A DNA stretch of 64,000 bases from an uncultured Acidobacteriota bacterium (GTDB taxonomy: Bacteria; Acidobacteriota; Thermoanaerobaculia; Multivoradales; SZUA-115). Below are positions 50,013 to 62,640 of the stretch, in pieces. The notes under the pieces were generated by a model. That model saw only the letters and a program-made list of their open reading frames with translations. It was not told where the DNA came from and did not search any database. The first letter of the stretch is position 1; each line of letters opens with the position of its first letter. The translations under genes were made by a program, and so were the position numbers. The DNA lies in the NCBI GenBank assembly GCA_963805975.1, contig CAWDVR010000002.1, positions 776,543 through 840,542 of the forward strand, written 5' to 3'.

Positions 50013-52581
50013 CGGCGGCAGGCGTGTGCCTCTTCACCCGGAGCGCCAGGTAAGCCGGCAACAGGGCCACCGCCACGATCAGCGTGGAGATGGCGCCGAT
50101 CGTCGCCACGTAGCCCGTGCTGCGCAGGCCGGGGTAGTGCGAGACGGCGAGCGAGCCGAAACCGGCAATGGTGGTGAGCGCCGCCACCACCACGGCGTTG
50201 CCGGTCTCCGCGAGGCCGGCGGCGATGTCGCCGCCCTCGCTCTTGAGCTCGTTGTAGCGGTGCATCATGTGCAGGCCGTAGTCGACGCCGATCCCCAGGA
50301 TCATGGTGGTGACGAAGACGTTCATGAAGTTCATCTGCAGCCCGAAGAGCACCATCCCGCCCAGCATCCACAGCACGCCCACCGCCAGCGGCACCTGGCA
50401 GAAGAGGGCCAGGCGCACGTCGCGGAAGTCCGCCCAGGAGAGCAGGAAGACCAGGAGGGTCCCCAGCAGCATGCCGATCCAGGCATCGCGCCGCACCCGG
50501 TCGCGCATGATCTGGCTCACCACGTTGGCGCCGGTGAGGATCGCGTCCGGGCCGACCTCGGCGGCCAGGGCATGGGCCTCGGGCGGCGCCTGGCGGCGCC
50601 AGCGCTCGCCCGGCTGGTAGAGCTTCACCACGCTCTGCCACTGGCCGTTCTTCTGGCGCAGCAGGCGGCCGACGAGCTGGCCGGCCTGGCCCTCGAGTCC
50701 GAGGTCCCCGAGGTGGATCGGCTGGCTCGGCGACAGCGACTTCGTCAGCAGATCGAGACCATGCGCGAACGGCTCGGGCCGCAGGCCCTCGGCGGCGAGC
50801 GCGGTCTCGAAGTCGGTGCGGATCCGGGCCGGGTCCAGGCTTCCGTCCTGGCGGCCCGCCGTGAGCCAGGTGAGGGCCTGCTGCTGCTTGCTGGGCGCGG
50901 GCACGAGGGTGGTCAGGCTCGAGACGCCGGTGAGCACGCCGTCGGCCACCAGCTTCTTGGCCTTCGCCGTCGCGAGCTCCGTGCGCTCGAGGAGCGCGTC
51001 GAGGTCCGGCCCGGAGAACAGCAGCATCATGTAGTCGAACTCCGACTTGAAGTGCGCCTGCACCTCCTCCTCGACCTCGACCCCCTGGTTGCCCGCCGGC
51101 CGCATCTGACGCCAACTGTCCTGGAACTTGAGATTGAGAGCGAGCACGCCCGAGGCCAGGGTGATCACCGCGCCGGCGGCGAGCACGGCGCGCGGGTAGC
51201 GGAAGCAGAAGCGGATCAGCCGGCCGACGCCGAAGCTGTGCAGGTAGAGCTTGGGCTGCGTCAGCCGTTTCGAGTGGCGGGCCTCGCTCCAGCCCAGCAT
51301 GGCCGGCAGCAGCACCAGCACCGCGGCGAGGCAGAACAGGATGCCGGTGCCGGTCAGGATGCCCATCTGCCGCAGGCCGGTGAAGTCGGTGAAGGTGAAG
51401 GCGTAGAACGACGCCGCGGTGGTCAGCGCCCCGACCACGATGCCGCGCGCGCAGTAGGTCATCACCACGTCGAGCGCCTGGTCGAAGGTGCGCCCGCGGT
51501 TGCGCTCCTCGACGAAACGGCCGTAGGCCACGACCACGAAGTCCACCCCGAGCCCGGCCAGGAGCGCGGCCGTGCCGCTGGTGGCCGAGGAGAGGACGCC
51601 GAACACCAGCGAGGAGAAAGCGAAGGTCAGCGCCAGGCCCACGGTCAGGGGCAGGAAGGCGTAGATCATCGTCCCCAGGCGCCGGAAGGCGATCACGAAG
51701 ACCACCAGCACCAGCGCCATCGAGGTGTAGCCGTTGAGCTGCATGTCCTCTTTGATCAGGCGCTCGTCGAACATCGCGGAGACGTGCGGCCCGCCGACCT
51801 TGACCAGCGGCGCCTCTTCGCGGCCGCCCATCGTCGGCCATTCGGCGGTGGTGGCGGTGATCGCCGCCTGCACCTTGGCGTAGAGCGCCTGGTCGAAGGC
51901 GATGTTCTGCGGCGGCTGGCGCGGCTTGGCGAGGACGAGCAGCAGGCGCTGGTCCTGCGACAGGTAGTAGCCGCTCATCCAGTCGACCGACATCGAGCCC
52001 TGGCCGCTCTCGATGCGGCCGATGAACATCTCGGCCAGCCCGGCCGGATCGAGCCGGATCAGGTCGCGGAGGACGATCGACTGGGGCGTCGAGATCAACC
52101 GCCGGAGCTCGGCGGCACGACGGGAGAGGCCCTCGGTCGAGAGCTTCTTCGCCACCGCCGTGCGGTCCTCGTCGGAGACGAAGAGCATGGCCTGCGGCAG
52201 GAAACCCTCGATCAGCTTCTCGGGATCGTCGATCCGGTGCTCGACGGCCTCGATCTCGGGAATCTCGGCCAGCCGGGGAGCGAGCGCGTCGGCGAAGGCC
52301 TCGTAGGGATCGACCGCCGTGCCCTCGGGGATCGCCACCGTGATCAGCAGGTAGTCGAAGGTGCCGAAATCGGCCAGCGTCGAGATGTAGGCATTGAGCG
52401 CCGGGTCGTTCTTCGGCAGCAGGTTCAGGACGTCGGTGTCGAAGCGCAGGCGCGAGATCAGCACGCCCGAGATCGCCAGCAGCACGGCCGTGACCAGGAA
52501 GACCTGGTAGTAGTGGCGCTGGGCGTAGCGCGCCAGACGCTGCATCAGGCCCCTTTCGGGGGCGGTGGGCGGCTCGTGCAA
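50008..52581 (-). CDS. MMPL/RND-superfamily transporter (12 TM, two large periplasmic loops)
   Basis: Two homologous halves with TM bundles (ALVLVVFVIAFRRLGTMIYAFLPLTVGLALTFAF... and GMLLGTLLVFLLSWADFRDVRLALFCQVPLAVGVLW...GIGVDYGLHMMHRY). Confidence 0.88.
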   Translation of the reverse strand: MHEPPTAPERGLMQRLARYAQRHYYQVFLVTAVLLAISGVLISRLRFDTDVLNLLPKNDPALNAYISTLADFGTFDYLLITVAIPEGTAVDPYEAFADALAPRLAEIPEIEAVEHRIDDPEKLIEGFLPQAMLFVSDEDRTAVAKKLSTEGLSRRAAELRRLISTPQSIVLRDLIRLDPAGLAEMFIGRIESGQGSMSVDWMSGYYLSQDQRLLLVLAKPRQPPQNIAFDQALYAKVQAAITATTAEWPTMGGREEAPLVKVGGPHVSAMFDERLIKEDMQLNGYTSMALVLVVFVIAFRRLGTMIYAFLPLTVGLALTFAFSSLVFGVLSSATSGTAALLAGLGVDFVVVAYGRFVEERNRGRTFDQALDVVMTYCARGIVVGALTTAASFYAFTFTDFTGLRQMGILTGTGILFCLAAVLVLLPAMLGWSEARHSKRLTQPKLYLHSFGVGRLIRFCFRYPRAVLAAGAVITLASGVLALNLKFQDSWRQMRPAGNQGVEVEEEVQAHFKSEFDYMMLLFSGPDLDALLERTELATAKAKKLVADGVLTGVSSLTTLVPAPSKQQQALTWLTAGRQDGSLDPARIRTDFETALAAEGLRPEPFAHGLDLLTKSLSPSQPIHLGDLGLEGQAGQLVGRLLRQKNGQWQSVVKLYQPGERWRRQAPPEAHALAAEVGPDAILTGANVVSQIMRDRVRRDAWIGMLLGTLLVFLLSWADFRDVRLALFCQVPLAVGVLWMLGGMVLFGLQMNFMNVFVTTMILGIGVDYGLHMMHRYNELKSEGGDIAAGLAETGNAVVVAALTTIAGFGSLAVSHYPGLRSTGYVATIGAISTLIVAVALLPAYLALRVKRHTPAAG

Positions 52582-52605
52582 GGTGAGGGCTCTCCGGTTG
52601 GGCGG

Positions 52606-53265
52606 CTAGACCTTGCCACGGGCGGCGGCCGGGGCCTCGCTCCGGGCCGGGCTCTCGCCGTCGGGGGTCGCATGGCGCTCCGGCTCCCCGCCGAAGCGAT
52701 GCTCGCCGTAGAGGATCAGGCGGCCGAAGCGGATGAAGTAATGGACGCCCGAGTACATCGAGATGGCGAGCGCAACCCACAGGAAAACGGGCGCCACCCA
52801 CACCGCCGGCGGCGCCAGGTCACGCAGCTCGAGCAGCTTGTCGTGAATGATGAGGAGCGAGATGGCGATCACGTGGACCACGGTCTTGACCTTGCCCCAG
52901 AAGCCGGCGGCGATGATGATGCCCTCGCTCGCCGCGAAGCTGCGCAGCGCCGAGACCGCGAACTCGCGGGCGATGATGGCGACCACCATCCAGGCCGGCG
53001 CGGTCGCCGGGTTGAGCTCTACCAGAGAGATGAAGGCGGCCGCCATCAGGATCTTGTCCGCCGCCGGATCGAGGAGCTTGCCGAGGCGGGTCTCCTGCTG
53101 GCGCCGGCGGGCGAGGAAGCCGTCGAGGAAGTCGGTGAGCGAGGCGACGAGGAAGAGACCGAGCCCCCACCACTCCTTGTTCTCGAACTTGGTCAAGAGG
53201 ACCACGACCAGGATCGGCACCAGGACGATGCGGCCGAGAGACAGGAGGTTGGGCAGGTTGAGCAT
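52606..53265 (-). CDS. pgsA: CDP-diacylglycerol--glycerol-3-phosphate 3-phosphatidyltransferase (CDP-alcohol phosphatidyltransferase family)
   Basis: DFLDGFLARRRQQETRLGKLLDPAADK (D-G-x2-A-R...G-x3-D-x3-D). Confidence 0.88.
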   Translation of the reverse strand: MLNLPNLLSLGRIVLVPILVVVLLTKFENKEWWGLGLFLVASLTDFLDGFLARRRQQETRLGKLLDPAADKILMAAAFISLVELNPATAPAWMVVAIIAREFAVSALRSFAASEGIIIAAGFWGKVKTVVHVIAISLLIIHDKLLELRDLAPPAVWVAPVFLWVALAISMYSGVHYFIRFGRLILYGEHRFGGEPERHATPDGESPARSEAPAAARGKV

Positions 53266-53333
53266 GCGCTTTGGGCGGCATCATCGCCTGGTGGCAACGA
53301 TACCCCACCCCGCGAGCACCGGGATCGTCGACG

Positions 53334-53990
53334 TTATTGCCGCCGCGGCGGATCGGTGGTGATGAGCAGGCGGCCCGAAGCGTCGCGGACCAGGAACGGG
53401 ATACGGCCCTTCTGGCTCTGGGCCAGGGTCGCCGCCGGCACCGGCATCTCGCGCCCGTGGAAGAGCTGGAGCACGCGGCGCACGTAGTCGCGGGTCTCGG
53501 GGTAGGGCGGGATGCCGCCGTAGCGCTCCACCGCGCCGGGCCCGGCGTTGTAGGCGGCGAGGGCGATCTCCACGCGGTCCTGGAAGCGGTTCAGCAGCCA
53601 CCGCAGGTAGGAGGTGCCGCCGCGCACGTTCTGCTCCGGGTCGTAGGGGTCGTCCACCGCCATGTCCTGGGCGGTGGCGGCGGTGAGCTGCATCAGGCCC
53701 ATGGCCCCCTTGTTCGACCGCGCCTGCGGGTTGTAGCCGGACTCGACCTGGATCACCGCCCGCACCAGCTTGGGCTCCAGGCGCTGCTCCTGGCAGTGGC
53801 GCTCGATCACCGTCCCCAGGTTCTCGCCGGGCACCGGCGCGAGCTGGACCGAGTGGCGCCGGGCGCGGTGCTCGGCACCCTCGTTGGTGATCACCTTGAG
53901 CCCGTCCGGCCGCGTCTCGACGCGCACGCCAGCGGCAGCCGGCAGAGCCAGCACCGAGGCACAGAGGAGGAACAGGCCGCGCTTCATCAA
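53334..53990 (-). CDS. Soluble lytic transglycosylase-domain protein (secreted)
   Basis: IQVESGYNPQARSNKGAMGLMQL...AYNAG is the SLT catalytic motif. Signal peptide. Confidence 0.88.
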   Translation of the reverse strand: MMKRGLFLLCASVLALPAAAGVRVETRPDGLKVITNEGAEHRARRHSVQLAPVPGENLGTVIERHCQEQRLEPKLVRAVIQVESGYNPQARSNKGAMGLMQLTAATAQDMAVDDPYDPEQNVRGGTSYLRWLLNRFQDRVEIALAAYNAGPGAVERYGGIPPYPETRDYVRRVLQLFHGREMPVPAATLAQSQKGRIPFLVRDASGRLLITTDPPRRQ

Positions 53991-54080
53991 CCGTTCTTGG
54001 TCAAAACCCGATAAGGGAGAAGCATCTTACACCCGCCCGGGGGCCGGGGGAAGGGCGAGCCGCCGGCTTGGGAGCCGCGC

Positions 54081-56732
<2,652 letters not shown>

Positions 56733-56865
56733 AGATGGTCTCAGAACGTGCCTCTAGAGCGGACTGTGGAGCGAGCAGGCCGGGCAGTCCGGCCGGAGCA
56801 GCAGAGGATAGCAAGGCCGGGGCGACAAAGGCGTCGGTCAAAGGCTCAGCCGGGCGGGGCCGCTT

Positions 56866-57996
56866 TCACTCCCGCCACTCCACCGCCGGCTCTTCCTCGA
56901 GCCGCACGCTCCAGACGGCACGATACAGGGCCGCCGGGGTCAGAGCGACGACGATTTCCTGGCGGACTTCGTCAGCGGCGGGCAGGCCGGCCGGCGTGGC
57001 CCAGGAGCGGCGAGGGGCGAGGAGGGCCGAGAGGGCGACGGGCTGCTCCGCGGCTTGCCGGCGCAGCTCGATGAAGACCAGGGCCGGGCTCGGCGCGACC
57101 CAGCGGTCCGCCAGCCGCCGGAAAGCCGCCCACAAGCCCATCTCCGGCACCTCGAGACGGCCATCGCCGAGATCGGCGAAACCCTCGACCTCGGTGGGCG
57201 CGGAGGGCAGGGCGACCTCGAGGCGGGCCGGGAAGGGGTCGAGCACCAGCCGCGAAAGCTCGTCGATCGACATCTCCTCACCGCTCGGCACCTGGAGCAC
57301 GTCCCACACCTGGAGCATGGCGTCTCCCAGCCGGTCGAGCTCCTCCTCTTCGGTGGCGTTGAGGGCCGGCAGGCTCCGCTTCTCCTCTTCGCTCAGCAGA
57401 TCCTCGTAGATCTTCCCGAGGCAGGCGCGGTCGCGCTCGGGATGCTCGTCGAGGTAGGCGTAGAGGGCCGCGGCCTCGCGCAGGTAGACGGCGAGGCTCT
57501 CCGACCACCGGCCCAACGCCTCGTCCACCAGCCGCCGCTCGCGCCGCCCCGCACGGCTGGAGGAGCCGGGCGCGAGGGTTAGCTCCGCCAGGCCCTGCTC
57601 GGCGTCGATGCGGTAGCTGGCGGAAACGTCGGTGGAGCCGAAAAACCTCTGGAGGGCCTCCGGCTCGGTCACCATCGCCGCCCGGCGCACCGAACGGAGC
57701 CCGCCGAGGCGCTTCTCCCACCCGAAGCGCTCGGCCGCCGGCTGGAACGCGGCGAAGCGGGCAGACCAGGGGTCCGTGCCCTCGAGGAGAGCCCCTTCGG
57801 CCTCCGAGAGCCGCCGCTTCACCACCGCGTTGGTCTCGGCCTCGACCGCGGCGAGCTCCACCTCCGCCGTGAGGCGGAGGAAGCCGTTGGGTGCGAAGTC
57901 CAGGTAGAGGGTCTCGCGGATCGCCGGCTCGAAGCAGGAGGCGAGGAGCAGGGCCGAGGCGAGCGGGAGGAGGGCGCGGCGAGCGGATGTCAGCAT
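56866..57996 (-). CDS. Hypothetical lipoprotein
   Basis: Start at ATG 57996. Lipobox-type signal MLTSARRALLPLASALLLASC. Otherwise no recognisable domain. Confidence 0.55.
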   Translation of the reverse strand: MLTSARRALLPLASALLLASCFEPAIRETLYLDFAPNGFLRLTAEVELAAVEAETNAVVKRRLSEAEGALLEGTDPWSARFAAFQPAAERFGWEKRLGGLRSVRRAAMVTEPEALQRFFGSTDVSASYRIDAEQGLAELTLAPGSSSRAGRRERRLVDEALGRWSESLAVYLREAAALYAYLDEHPERDRACLGKIYEDLLSEEEKRSLPALNATEEEELDRLGDAMLQVWDVLQVPSGEEMSIDELSRLVLDPFPARLEVALPSAPTEVEGFADLGDGRLEVPEMGLWAAFRRLADRWVAPSPALVFIELRRQAAEQPVALSALLAPRRSWATPAGLPAADEVRQEIVVALTPAALYRAVWSVRLEEEPAVEWRE

Positions 57997-58053
57997 TCTC
58001 GGATGATACGGCTGGCGGGCGGGCGCCGCGCCAGCCGTGGCCAACCGCTCAGC

Positions 58054-58371
58054 TCACTGCATCGCGCCGCAGTAACCACCGTCGTCCAGGGAGCCCCAAC
58101 AGGCGTCACAACCGTCGAAACAGCAGCCAAGGTCACCGTCGTAGTAGTAGCAAACGCACACGTTGCAGTTGCACCCGCCATAGCAGCCACCGGCTGACTG
58201 CGTCGCGAAGTTGAACTGCTGCTGCGCGCCAGGAGCGCTGGCGCTCCTGCCCGCACGCGACATGCTGATCTTCCCCGCCTGGCTCGCGGCATCGACGGCC
58301 GCCACGCCCAGGAACACCGCCAATACGAACGCCGACACCACTACCAACCAAGCCCGATTACGACGCATCAT
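58054..58371 (-). CDS. Secreted cysteine-rich mini-protein / peptide precursor (12 Cys in the C-terminal 43 aa)
   Basis: ATGATG start with AAGGAG SD 8 nt upstream. Sec-type signal peptide MMRRNRAWLVVVSAFVLAVFLGVAAVDAASQA. Mature tail ...GGCYGGCNCNVCVCYYYDGDLGCCFDGCDACWGSLDDGGYCGAMQ, verified codon by codon. Confidence 0.65.
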   Translation of the reverse strand: MMRRNRAWLVVVSAFVLAVFLGVAAVDAASQAGKISMSRAGRSASAPGAQQQFNFATQSAGGCYGGCNCNVCVCYYYDGDLGCCFDGCDACWGSLDDGGYCGAMQ

Positions 58372-58445
58372 TTCGGACTCCTTTTCTGCCTTAACAGGCA
58401 TTAGGTTGGCAGGAGCATAGCTCTATTATCCTTGAAGCTCAATAG

Positions 58446-59855
58446 TCAAGGGTCGGCTCGTGGTGCCGAAACTCGGGCCAGGTCACCGCGGATGTCCCGC
58501 GCCAGCCGCTCGGCGGCGGGAGGATCTTCGTTGGCCAGCACGATCACGGTCCAGCCGGACTTCCAGTCGCTTTCCAGCGCGGCGTTGAGGCCAGGCGCTC
58601 CCCCGGCAACACCGAGCCCGCCGCGGGTACGAAACGGCTCCACCACGCCCAGCTTCCCGGCCTCGAGCGCACGGGCGAGGCGCCGCAGGTCCTGCGCCGT
58701 GGAGTAGCCGCCGCCGGCCGAGGAGCCGCGGCCGGGCAGCGACAGCGCGTTGTCGCGGCGTGGGGCACGAGGCTCCTCCGGGCGTCTTTCGTTCAGGCGC
58801 TCGTCGAGCCGGGTGTAGCCGCGGGCTCGGTTCGGGACCACCTCGTCGGAGGCGAAGTGGCCGGTGCCGGTCATCCCGGCCGGCCGGTAGATGTGCTCTC
58901 GGACGTAGTCGAAGTAGCTCTGGCCGGAAAGCCGCTCGATCACGAGCCCCAGCACCACGAACCCGGCGTTCGAGTAGCGGCGGTCGCTCCCCGGCTCGAA
59001 AGCCAGCGGCTGGTCGGCGAAGAGCTTCAGGTAGTCGGAGAGCTGGCGGATCTGGTGGCGGGGAGTGGCGTCGAAGCGGGGGCCGAAGAAGTCCCCCATG
59101 CCGGAGGTGTGGTCGAGCAGCCGCGCGATCGTCACCCGTCGCGCCACCTCCGGGTTGGGGTAGTCCGGCCAGTGGTGGGAGAGCGCGTCGTCGAGCGACA
59201 GCTTGCCCGCGGCGGCGAGCTGGCGGATCGCGATCTCGGTGAGCAGCTTGTTGATCGAGCCCAGGTTGAACCGGGTGTCGACGCGGTTGGGCACCTCGAG
59301 CGCACGGTCCGCGAAGCCCACCGCCTTCTCCACGAGAACCGTGTCGCCCTCTGCCACCAGCACCACGCCCGAGAACAGGTCGTCTTTGGCCAGCGCATCG
59401 ACCCGGGCGCGGATGGCCGCGAGCGCCTGCTCGCGGGTCAGCGGTTCGGTCGCAACCACCTCCGGCGGAGACTGGTCCGCCTCGACCCGTGTTCCCAGCA
59501 CCCCGAAGGGAGGGTTCGGTTCGAGGTCGAGGTCGAACGTCATCCACAGCGGCTCGTCTTGCGACTGGAGGACCACCCGCGCCCCGCGCTCACCCAGCGG
59601 CTCGACTCTCACCAGGCTCGCCTTGCCCAGGTCGGAAGCGATGCGCGCGAAAGTCTTCGCTCGCTCTGCTGCCGGCCTCTCGGCCAGCGCCGAGGCGGCG
59701 TAGTGCTCGGTGAAGAACCGCTCTGCGGTAGCCGGCTGCACCCCGGCCACGAAGAGGTCCGCGAGAGCCCGGCCGTGCCGCAGGGCCGCCTCGGAAGCGG
59801 TTCCGGCCGCACCGCTCGCCGTGGCGAGGCCGGCCATCGCCAGCACGGCGAGCAT
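58446..59855 (-). CDS. Secreted serine hydrolase of the beta-lactamase/transpeptidase fold (class C / EstB-like) with N-terminal extra domain
   Basis: Start at MLAVLAMAGLATASGAAG (59855). SxxK motif NLGSINKLLT. YSN-like motif RYSNAGFVVLG. Confidence 0.82.
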   Translation of the reverse strand: MLAVLAMAGLATASGAAGTASEAALRHGRALADLFVAGVQPATAERFFTEHYAASALAERPAAERAKTFARIASDLGKASLVRVEPLGERGARVVLQSQDEPLWMTFDLDLEPNPPFGVLGTRVEADQSPPEVVATEPLTREQALAAIRARVDALAKDDLFSGVVLVAEGDTVLVEKAVGFADRALEVPNRVDTRFNLGSINKLLTEIAIRQLAAAGKLSLDDALSHHWPDYPNPEVARRVTIARLLDHTSGMGDFFGPRFDATPRHQIRQLSDYLKLFADQPLAFEPGSDRRYSNAGFVVLGLVIERLSGQSYFDYVREHIYRPAGMTGTGHFASDEVVPNRARGYTRLDERLNERRPEEPRAPRRDNALSLPGRGSSAGGGYSTAQDLRRLARALEAGKLGVVEPFRTRGGLGVAGGAPGLNAALESDWKSGWTVIVLANEDPPAAERLARDIRGDLARVSAPRADP

Positions 59856-60191
59856 CAAGATCCTGCGTTTGATCAGCACTTTGTTTGCCTTTCCCCGGCT
59901 CCCGTGGGTGGGGCCGGATCGCGGAGGCGGGTTAGCAAGGTAGCTGCCAAGGTTGGCGAGCCTCGGCAACACGTTGGCCACGCCAACGGCCGGGCATGAC
60001 TCTCCTCAATTCGGGAGGCGGTTCCTCAAAGAAGGAGCCTGCGCTCCTCGTCCGCTGTCGCACCTCCGTCACAGGTCTGCCGCGTAGACGCGGCCGGGCC
60101 AGCCTAGCCTCTGCCCGATCCCGCTGCTCCTTCGAGCGGCAGTCAACGCCGTTCAATTTCGGAACCCGCGATCCAAATAGAGGAGATCTGT

Positions 60192-61577
60192 ATGCGCAAA
60201 CCAGCAGTGTTCGTCACCTGTCTTCGGGTCGCCATCTTCTGCGCCCTGGCCCTGGCGCTCGCCGCCTCGCCGGCCGCCCGGGCGCAGGTGGCCGGGCTCT
60301 ATTACCAGGAGGTCGAAAAGGAAGGCCGCATCTACGTCTTCAACACTCCCGAGCGCTACAAGAGCTGGAGCGACTCGGGCGAGCTGGGCACGGCCATCAC
60401 CCTGGTCGGCCGCGGCGCCAAGGGCGAGACCGTGGTGGCGGAGAACGAGACCGCCGCCGACCTCTACCTCTTCAAGCACAACCTGCCCGGCTACGAGCGG
60501 CCGACCCCCAAGGCGGAGGCGCCCTTCGACAGCCGGGTCTTCTACCGGGACGGCCGCACCAACATCGTGATGAAGGCCGGCACCGTGCAGATCAGCAACC
60601 GCGTACAGGCCCGCTTCACCCAGACCGACCCCGAGGTCGGCGACGAGGTGGGCTCGTTCCGCATCCGTCGCATGAAGACGACCATCGAGGGCAACGCCTA
60701 CAACAACCTGTGGCGCTTCAAGCTGCAGGCCAACTGGGTGGGCGGCGACGTGGTGACCAACGTCACCCAGGCCGCCAACGGCGCCGTGGCCCAGTCGCGC
60801 AGCCGCGGCCCGATCCTCGAGGACGCCGAGCTCCAGTATGCGAAGAACCCGCTCGCCACCCTCTGGGTCGGCCAGGGCAAGTCGTTCTTCGGCCGCCAGG
60901 AGCTCACCTCCTCGGGCCGCCAGCAGTTCGTGGACCGCTCGATCGCCTCCGACCGCTTCGCCGGCCTGCGCCAGATCGGCGTCGGCCTCCTCGGCTCCAA
61001 CCAGGGCAAGACCTTCGAGTACAACCTGGGCATCTACAACGGCAACGGCATCAACACCACGGCCAACGACAACGACGACTACCTCTATGCGGGCCGCCTG
61101 CTGTGGACGCCCTTCGGTGAGTACCGGCTCGAGGAGTCTTCCCTCGACTACCCGACCTCCCCCAAGCTCGCCCTGGGCGCCGGCATCTACCAGAACACCA
61201 CCGGCACCGGTGCCTCGGAGACCGACGTCGATCGCATCGGCGCCGAGGTCGCCTTCAAGTACCTGGGCTTCAATGCCAACGGCGAGTACTTCACCGAGAC
61301 CTCGCAGCGCCTGAACGCGGCCGAGGTGGACACCGACGGCTACTACCTCCAGCTCGGCTACCTCTTCCCCAACAAGAAGTTCGAGCTGGCCGGCCGGCTC
61401 TCCGAGATCGCGCCCGACACCGCCTCGCCCCAGGATCGCACCGAGACCGGCGTCGCGCTCTCCTGGTATTTCGACCGGCACAATCACAAGCTCCAGGGTG
61501 ACTATCGTCAGGTCGAGGACGACGCCACCGGCCGCACGGACAACGAGATCCGCCTGCAGCTCCAGTTGATCTTCTAG
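60192..61577 (+). CDS. Phosphate-selective porin O/P family outer membrane protein
   Basis: Signal peptide. Beta-strand-rich repeat pattern. Ends ...LQLQLIF with an aromatic terminus. Matches OprO/OprP-type length and composition. Confidence 0.8.
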   Translation: MRKPAVFVTCLRVAIFCALALALAASPAARAQVAGLYYQEVEKEGRIYVFNTPERYKSWSDSGELGTAITLVGRGAKGETVVAENETAADLYLFKHNLPGYERPTPKAEAPFDSRVFYRDGRTNIVMKAGTVQISNRVQARFTQTDPEVGDEVGSFRIRRMKTTIEGNAYNNLWRFKLQANWVGGDVVTNVTQAANGAVAQSRSRGPILEDAELQYAKNPLATLWVGQGKSFFGRQELTSSGRQQFVDRSIASDRFAGLRQIGVGLLGSNQGKTFEYNLGIYNGNGINTTANDNDDYLYAGRLLWTPFGEYRLEESSLDYPTSPKLALGAGIYQNTTGTGASETDVDRIGAEVAFKYLGFNANGEYFTETSQRLNAAEVDTDGYYLQLGYLFPNKKFELAGRLSEIAPDTASPQDRTETGVALSWYFDRHNHKLQGDYRQVEDDATGRTDNEIRLQLQLIF

Positions 61578-61611
61578 CGCCGATTCCCTCTCTCCAGAAG
61601 GATCCATGCGA

Positions 61612-61637
61612 GGCCCCCGGCGACGGGGGCCGTTTTT
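61612..61637 (+). terminator. Rho-independent terminator after the porin gene
   Basis: GGCCCCCG-GCGA-CGGGGGCC followed by GTTTTTCG. Confidence 0.75.
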
Positions 61638-61713
61638 CGTTGACACTGGGCCAGGCCATAGCACTGCGTACACTGGGCGAGTCACCGACACCGCCCTGCT
61701 ACCATCGCCGGGA

Positions 61714-62628
61714 ATGGGCAATCTCCTTCTGCTCGCAGTCTGCCTGGTCGCGGGAGTCTGCCTGCACGCGCTCCGCGTCGTGCCCGCCGACGGTCACCGG
61801 CCGCTCAACCAGTACGTGATCTACGTCGCGCTGCCGGCGCTGGTGCTGCAGCACGTGCATGCGCTCGAGGTCGACCGCAGCCTGCTCCTCCCGGCGCTGA
61901 TGCCGTGGCTGGTGTTCGCCGCCGGGACGGCGCTCTTCCTGCTGCTGCTGCGCGCCGGCGCGATCTCGCGGCCGACGGCCGGGGCGCTAATCCTGACCTC
62001 GGCACTCGGCAACACCTCCTTCGTCGGCCTGCCGATGATCGAAGCGTTCTACGGCAAGGATCTGTTGGGCGTGGGGGTGATCGCGGACCAGCTCGGCACC
62101 TTCATGTGCCTCAACGTGCCGGGCATCCTCCTCGCGGCGCGCCTCGCCGCACGGAGCGAAGAGGAGGCGCGTGCCGGTGCGATCGCCAGGAAGATCCTGC
62201 TCTTTCCACCGTTCCTGGCCCTGCTGGCCGCGCTCGCCCTCCGACCCGTGGACTACCCGCCCTGGGCGGGCTCCCTCCTTGGCCGGCTCGGAGACTCGCT
62301 GACCCCGGTGGCGCTCGTCTCGGTGGGCTTGCAGCTCCACCTGGGCGAGCTGCGGAGGCGGTGGCGAGACCTCTCGCTCGGCTTGGGCTACAAGCTCGCC
62401 GTGGCGCCGGCCCTGGCGCTGCTGGTCTTCGGGCTGCTCCTCGGCGCCCGCGGCCCCGTGTTCCAGGTCACGGTCTTCGAGGCCGCCATGGCGCCCATGC
62501 TCACCGGCTCGATCGTGGCCCAGGAGCACGACCTCGACCCGCCGCTCGCCGCTTTGATGGTGGGCGTCGGCGTGCCGATCTCGTTCCTCACGCTCTGGGG
62601 CTGGGCAAAGCTCCTCGAGAGCTTCTGA
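61714..62628 (+). CDS. AEC-family (auxin efflux carrier / MdcF-like) membrane transporter
   Basis: Start at MGNLLLLAVCLVAG. About 10 TM helices. The track's N-terminal extension overlaps the terminator and is rejected. Confidence 0.8.
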   Translation: MGNLLLLAVCLVAGVCLHALRVVPADGHRPLNQYVIYVALPALVLQHVHALEVDRSLLLPALMPWLVFAAGTALFLLLLRAGAISRPTAGALILTSALGNTSFVGLPMIEAFYGKDLLGVGVIADQLGTFMCLNVPGILLAARLAARSEEEARAGAIARKILLFPPFLALLAALALRPVDYPPWAGSLLGRLGDSLTPVALVSVGLQLHLGELRRRWRDLSLGLGYKLAVAPALALLVFGLLLGARGPVFQVTVFEAAMAPMLTGSIVAQEHDLDPPLAALMVGVGVPISFLTLWGWAKLLESF

Positions 62629-62640
62629 GGCGGTGCTCTC

